Under the pieces are notes generated by a model. It made no database searches. It had not been told where the DNA came from and saw only the letters and a program-made list of their open reading frames with translations. A stretch of 64,000 nucleotides of DNA from Blastocatellia bacterium (GTDB lineage: Bacteria; Acidobacteriota; Blastocatellia; UBA7656). Location of the stretch: the NCBI GenBank assembly GCA_963765495.1, contig CAVXWP010000013.1, positions 1 through 64,000 on the forward strand, written 5' to 3'. Both the position numbers and the translations under genes were made by a program. Below are positions 59,142-64,000 of this stretch, in pieces (the stretch's first letter is position 1; each line of letters starts with the position of its first letter).

Positions 59142-59290
59142 AGGATGAGGGATGAGGGATGAGGGATGAAAAAGAGTCTAAGGAACGACTCTGATTAAGT
59201 GGGGAAATTCTGATTAATTGATTTGAGCAATTACCGATGTGTTCCCCAACAGTCCTTTTCATCCCTCATCCCTCATCCCTCATCCCTTTA
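59139..59290. repeat. Inverted tandem heptamer element (GGGATGA)n ... (TCATCCC)n between convergent genes
   Basis: Arms at 59139-59172 and 59256-59290; the right arm encodes the kinase end KGMRDEG*. Confidence 0.92.
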
Positions 59291-62200
59291 CTGAGGCTGG
59301 CTATGACGGTGATCAATTCGACCGCTTCTACGGGCTTGCTTACGTGAGACTGGAATCCTGATGAAAGGGCGCGCACGCGGTCTTCGACTCTGGCGTGCGC
59401 CGTCAGCGCAATCGATGGAAGTTGTCTGTCTTGATCTCTTTCCAGTGCGCGTACTTTGCGGATCAGCGAATATCCGTCTTCGCCGGGCATCTCTATATCG
59501 CTCACAAGCACGTCGGGCGTAAAGCTCTTGAGCGCGTCAAGCGCTTCGGCTGCCGACGAAACCGATGTCACCTCGGCCCCGTGTTGGCTGAGCATAATCA
59601 CCATCAACTCTCGCGCATCGCTGTCATCATCGACTACAAGCAGTCGCAATCCCTCAAGTGATGGAGCGCCGCTAAAGGCCATTATGGAATCGGGCAGAGT
59701 CTGTTTCCACTGCTCGTCGTCTGTGGGGAGGCGGCCCGAATCGTGCGCGATCATTATCGGCAATGTAACTCGGAAGGTGGCTCCAAGTCCTTCACCCTGG
59801 CTTTCGACCGATACCGATCCGCCGTGCAATTCCACGAGATGGCGGACTATGGCAAGTCCTAGCCCTAGCCCTCCGTGCCTGCGCGTCAGAGTGCTGTCAG
59901 CCTGGCGAAAACGCTCAAAGACATAAGGCAGGAAATCCGGCTCGATACCTTTGCCTGTATCGCTGACTACGATCTCGACGTGAGAGTCGACGCGTTCGAG
60001 CCGGACCTGAATCCGTCCCCCTTTGGATGTGAATTTAACGGCGTTCGACAGGAAATTCCACACGACCTGTTGCAGGCGGTCGGGGTCGCCCGAGACGAGA
60101 CCGGCTCCGGGGTCGAGCACCGTTTGCAGCCTTATATCCTTTGCCTGCGCGGCGGGGCGAATCACTTCTATAGCGGCCTCGATGATTGAGGAAAGCTCGA
60201 CCGGGCGAACTTCCAGCCGCAGCTTTCCGGCGATGATGCGCGAGACATCGAGCAGATCTTCGATGAGTTGCGTCTGAGCTTTGGTATTGCGCTCGACGGT
60301 TTCCAGCGCGCGCGCGGCGGAAGGCTCATCCAGTTTTCCCGTGCGCAAAATCTGTATCCATCCGACCATGGCATTTAACGGCGTGCGCAATTCGTGCGAA
60401 ACGGTGGCCAGAAACTCGTCTTTCATGCGATTGGCCATTTCGGCTTCGGCGCGCATGCGGGTCTGTTCCTCATACAACTCGGCGACGTTGATTGCGGCCG
60501 ATGCCATGTTGCCCAGAGCGGTCCCGACTCGCGCTTCCATCTCGGTGAAGGCGTGCGGTTTGCGATAATAAAAGACGAGCGTGCTGGTCGGGACGCCTCG
60601 AATCTTTAACGGCACTGCCAGAAGCGAGCGTATGCCTTCCATCTCGTGATCGGCGCGTCGCCCGGCAAGCCTTGGGTCTTCAAATACATCTTCGGCGATG
60701 ATCGCGCCCGGCGGCATGCCTTCCGAAAAATCCTTGACATAGATTTTCGTCTCTCGAAAAGCTTCCGAAAGCCCTTCGGCAGAGACGATGCCCCATTCAC
60801 CCGTGGCGGGTTGAAGCCGCCAGACCGCATAGGCATCGGCAGAGATGAGGCGGTTTGAAAGGGTCAGGATCGCAGGCAGCACCTCGCTGAGACGGGGCGA
60901 GCCGATCAACGTGTCGGAAGCCTTCACAAGCGCGTCCAGACGCGCCTCGACGCTGCGGTGGAGTTCGAGAGTCTGCTCGCGCGCGCGAAGCGCTTCCCGG
61001 GCTTCGCGGTAGAGCCGGGCATTATCTACGGCGAGGGCGAGTCGCTTGGCCAGTTCTTCGGCAAACTTCAGATCGGCCTGATCGTAATGATGTCCCGACT
61101 CTGCCGCAATAAAGGTGATCGCGCCAAGCGTGCGACCCCGCGCAATCAACGGGATTACCATATAAGATTTCAGGCCAAGCTCGCGGATCATTTTGAGATG
61201 CTCTTGATCGCGGGCCGCTTCGACAAGCAGCGAATCCGGGATCTCGGAGGCAAATTCAGACTTTCCGGTCCTCAACACATTGGGCACGCCTCGGGGCGAA
61301 TCGGGGTCGGTCGGATAGCGATCCTGATACTCACGCGCCATCTCAAGCTTCGCAGGGTCAACGTGGGCCACTGCCAGTTGTCGGACTTCTCCGCCTTCTT
61401 CGACGATGCTGACGGCGCACCAGTCAGCCAGATGCGGAACGGCCAGTTGCGCCACGCTCTTGAGCGTAGTCTCGTAATCAAGCGAACTGGAAAGCAGCGC
61501 GGTTGCTTCGTCGAGAAATCTCTGATTTTTCTCTGCCTTCTTGCGCTCGCCTATGTCAACGCTCAGGCCGCGCATGCCCACAGGGTTGCCGTCCTCATCC
61601 AAAATGACTATAGATTGCGCTTCTATCCAGACTGCGTGCCCGTCCTTAGTCATCCATCGGAACTGGCTAGTGCCGCCCTTGCCGCCTCGGAAGATTGCCG
61701 CCGCCTCTTCGGCGGCCCGCTGTTTGTCGTCCGGGTGAACGATGGTCAGCCAGAAATTGGGGGTTGAAAGCCATTCTTCGAGGGTGTAGCCGAGCAGCGA
61801 TTCCACATACTTGCTGACGAAATCGATTCGCTGTTTCGACTGGTCGGGCTCGCCCCATGCTTCCCACACTACGGCAGGCACGGTGGCAACTATATTTTCC
61901 ATGCGCGTGCGCTGACGCTCGATCTCTTCGTGGAATTGAACCCTGTCCTGCTCGGCTCGCTTGCGCTCGGCAATATCGCGGAAGACCAGCACCACGCCTG
62001 TGACTTCGCCTTTCTCGTCCCTGATAGGCGCGCCGCTGTCGTCAATCGGATTCTCATTTCCGTTTCTCGACATCAGTATGGTGTGATTGGCCAGCCCGAC
62101 TACGGTTCCTTCTCTGAGCACCTTTGCCACGGGATTTTCGACCTTTTCGCGTGTGTTCTCATTCACGATATCGAAAACTATTTCGAGAGGCTTCCCCCGG

Positions 62201-62712
62201 GCCTCTTCCTGCGACCAGCCAGTCAGGTGTTGCGCCACCGGATTCAAGAGCGTGACGCGGCCATCTGTGTCGGTCGTTATGACGGCATCGCCGATGCTGT
62301 TGAGCGTAGTCGAGAACCACTCCAGGCTCTTACGATGTGCGTGGGCGGTCTCTTCGGCGCGGAGTCTTGCGCGGTGCATTGCCTCGCTTAAAAAGGCGAT
62401 GGCTGAGCCTACAAAGACAAAGATGACTTCCGCAAGCACGGCGGCGGTGTCGGCGATGGCCAAAGAATTGATAGGTCGAATCAGATAGTAATTCGCCGCG
62501 ACCGCTCCAAGCAGGACGGCAAGCAATGCCGGTCTCAGCCCTCCGTACCAGGCCGTGACCATCACGGCTAAGAAATAAGTAATGAACGGGACTTGAATTT
62601 CAAGGACAGGAAAAAGAAGCCATCTGAGCCAGGTGGCAAGCGCTACGCTGACGATTGCGCAGCCATAACCTGGCAGTTTGGAACGTGTGAGTTCTGGCAT
62701 TCTAATCCCCAC
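59266..62712 (-). CDS. Hybrid sensor histidine kinase (DUF4118-like TM, 2 PAS, 2 GAF, HisKA, HATPase, REC)
   Basis: SHELRTPL, NAVKFT, DTGKGI, GGLGLGL, VDDD and SDIEMP motifs; alternative start ATG 62700. Confidence 0.93.
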   Translation of the reverse strand: MGIRMPELTRSKLPGYGCAIVSVALATWLRWLLFPVLEIQVPFITYFLAVMVTAWYGGLRPALLAVLLGAVAANYYLIRPINSLAIADTAAVLAEVIFVFVGSAIAFLSEAMHRARLRAEETAHAHRKSLEWFSTTLNSIGDAVITTDTDGRVTLLNPVAQHLTGWSQEEARGKPLEIVFDIVNENTREKVENPVAKVLREGTVVGLANHTILMSRNGNENPIDDSGAPIRDEKGEVTGVVLVFRDIAERKRAEQDRVQFHEEIERQRTRMENIVATVPAVVWEAWGEPDQSKQRIDFVSKYVESLLGYTLEEWLSTPNFWLTIVHPDDKQRAAEEAAAIFRGGKGGTSQFRWMTKDGHAVWIEAQSIVILDEDGNPVGMRGLSVDIGERKKAEKNQRFLDEATALLSSSLDYETTLKSVAQLAVPHLADWCAVSIVEEGGEVRQLAVAHVDPAKLEMAREYQDRYPTDPDSPRGVPNVLRTGKSEFASEIPDSLLVEAARDQEHLKMIRELGLKSYMVIPLIARGRTLGAITFIAAESGHHYDQADLKFAEELAKRLALAVDNARLYREAREALRAREQTLELHRSVEARLDALVKASDTLIGSPRLSEVLPAILTLSNRLISADAYAVWRLQPATGEWGIVSAEGLSEAFRETKIYVKDFSEGMPPGAIIAEDVFEDPRLAGRRADHEMEGIRSLLAVPLKIRGVPTSTLVFYYRKPHAFTEMEARVGTALGNMASAAINVAELYEEQTRMRAEAEMANRMKDEFLATVSHELRTPLNAMVGWIQILRTGKLDEPSAARALETVERNTKAQTQLIEDLLDVSRIIAGKLRLEVRPVELSSIIEAAIEVIRPAAQAKDIRLQTVLDPGAGLVSGDPDRLQQVVWNFLSNAVKFTSKGGRIQVRLERVDSHVEIVVSDTGKGIEPDFLPYVFERFRQADSTLTRRHGGLGLGLAIVRHLVELHGGSVSVESQGEGLGATFRVTLPIMIAHDSGRLPTDDEQWKQTLPDSIMAFSGAPSLEGLRLLVVDDDSDARELMVIMLSQHGAEVTSVSSAAEALDALKSFTPDVLVSDIEMPGEDGYSLIRKVRALERDQDRQLPSIALTAHARVEDRVRALSSGFQSHVSKPVEAVELITVIASLSKGMRDEG

Positions 62713-62990
62713 AGTCTTTGCGGTGTACGACTATCTATTGTTTCGAATCTGATTACTTATACTCGCAGCGTCCCAAAGCCCTGATGCCCGTCAGACTCAC
62801 AATTTGTTGTCGCCTGCACGGGTTGTCCGAAAGCGGGTCAGCCTGGATTATACTCAATCGCGCGGCTGAGGGCTATTGGTCAGCACCATTTAGTTGGTGG
62901 CCTGCCAGAATGGTAGATTGCCTTAAAATTTAATGGCCCGGTGCAGTTGCCCGGTCTGCCCCTCTCCGTGTTAAAGTGATCAGTTAATGA

Positions 62991-63839
62991 TTGCGCGTGA
63001 TTATATGTTTGAAGGGGCTTCGACCTACGAGCGAAACGGCTAAACAATCTGATTTCTCAGGGGCGGCGGCGATCACTCCAACCACTGATTATATCGATCT
63101 GGACGGGGTAAGAATTCGCTACCGTATCTCAGGCGCGGGCGAGCAGGTTCTCTTGCTGCACGGCTGGGGCGGCTCTATCGAGAGCATGACGACCATATTC
63201 GATGATCTGACGAAGCACTACACCGTCTTCGCGATTGATTTCCCGGGACACGGTAAGAGCGATTTGCCGCCCACGGGCTGGGGCGTGCCCGAGTTCACCG
63301 ATTGCCTCCTCGGCGTGATGGAGAGGCTCGACATCCGCCGCCCGCACATCATAGCGCATTCATTCGGAGGCCGCGTCACAATCAGGCTCACAACCCTTCA
63401 CCCGGAAAAGGTATCTAAGATCGTTCTGGTAGACAGCGCGGGGGTTCTCCCTCCACGTCCGATGAAATACTATTTCAAGATCGCGTTTGCGAAGACGGGC
63501 AAATTCCTTGCGCGGTACGGCGGACGATTGGGCCAGTCGGCGCGCAATCGGATTTACGCGATGATAGGCTCGAAAGACTACGCAAAGGCGGGCCCGTTAC
63601 GCGAAAGTTTTGTCAAGGTAGTCAACTTTGATCAGACCGATGTGCTCTCCGAGATCAAATCGCCGACCCTGCTCGTCTGGGGGGCCAATGACCGGGACAC
63701 CCCCGTAGCTTCGGCAAAGGTGATGGAGAGACTTATACCCGATTCTACGCTTGTGGTATTCGAGAACGCGGGCCATTTCGCTTATATAGATCAGGCCAAC
63801 AAATTCAATTTGATAGTGAGGAAGTTTTTAAGAGAATAA
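62991..63839 (+). CDS. Alpha/beta hydrolase
   Basis: LLHGWG, DFPGHGKS, AHSFGG nucleophile elbow, WGAND and AGHF motifs. Start uncertain. Confidence 0.88.
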   Translation: MRVIICLKGLRPTSETAKQSDFSGAAAITPTTDYIDLDGVRIRYRISGAGEQVLLLHGWGGSIESMTTIFDDLTKHYTVFAIDFPGHGKSDLPPTGWGVPEFTDCLLGVMERLDIRRPHIIAHSFGGRVTIRLTTLHPEKVSKIVLVDSAGVLPPRPMKYYFKIAFAKTGKFLARYGGRLGQSARNRIYAMIGSKDYAKAGPLRESFVKVVNFDQTDVLSEIKSPTLLVWGANDRDTPVASAKVMERLIPDSTLVVFENAGHFAYIDQANKFNLIVRKFLRE

Positions 63840-63841
63840 GC

Positions 63842-64000
63842 ATGAACTATCCCGGCGCGCTTGTAGGACTGGCAAATCCTCATACTTTACTCACGATTAT
63901 CGCCCTGCTCGTTGGACTGGCCTGGAGCGCGGTTCGCGCGATTCGCTCTTTGCACCTGCTCCAGCTTGACAGCTATTCAAACGCAAGACTCCTGAAGTGG
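63842..64000 (+). CDS. Partial CDS, probably a membrane-anchored MurF-like ligase N-terminus
   Basis: MNYPGALVGLANPHTLLTIIALLVGLAWSAVRAIRSLHLLQLDSYSNARLLKW, open to the window end. The LQLxxYxxxRxxxW motif after a TM helix is one I associate with MurF-like proteins encoded next to such hydrolases. Confidence 0.5.
   Translation, partial: MNYPGALVGLANPHTLLTIIALLVGLAWSAVRAIRSLHLLQLDSYSNARLLKW

Overview
A 64 kb gene-dense bacterial chromosomal window of moderately high GC. The gene content suggests Acidobacteriota, which is an inference. No rRNA, tRNA, CRISPR array, integrase or transposase was recognised. Main content: (1) 0.2-8.4 kb, secreted hydrolase and redox genes (SGNH, Tat-Gfo/Idh/MocA, FGE-like, ApbE, SMP-30, thioredoxin-NHL). 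(2) 8.6-33 kb, an apparently self-contained regulatory circuit. A 2024-aa pseudokinase-AAA-GAF-sigma54 activator is followed by palindromic enhancer sites and a perfect -24/-12 promoter driving an orphan ECF sigma factor. A close paralogous ECF sigma sits upstream with a zinc anti-sigma. Five copies of one ECF-type promoter, GGAATW-N15-GKBATT, precede the local transcription units, which include an uncharacterised aquaporin/spondin/GlcG-cupin/lactonase/kinase/GMC/VOC/GH63/glucose-dehydrogenase cluster. (3) A thioester alpha-2-macroglobulin. (4) An egtB/egtD/egtA cluster with an OpuC/EgtU-like importer. (5) A frameshifted arsR with arsI, porin, transglutaminase-like genes, LysR, metalloprotease, hybrid kinase and the start of a hydrolase/MurF-like operon. 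About 15 short elements made of inverted tandem 7-, 8- or 9-mer arrays sit at gene ends and often supply stop codons. Three lesions that the ORF track does not show were found: an internally deleted glycogen-debranching gene, the arsR frameshift and an amidohydrolase C-terminal remnant. All product calls are from motif recognition by eye; no searches were run.
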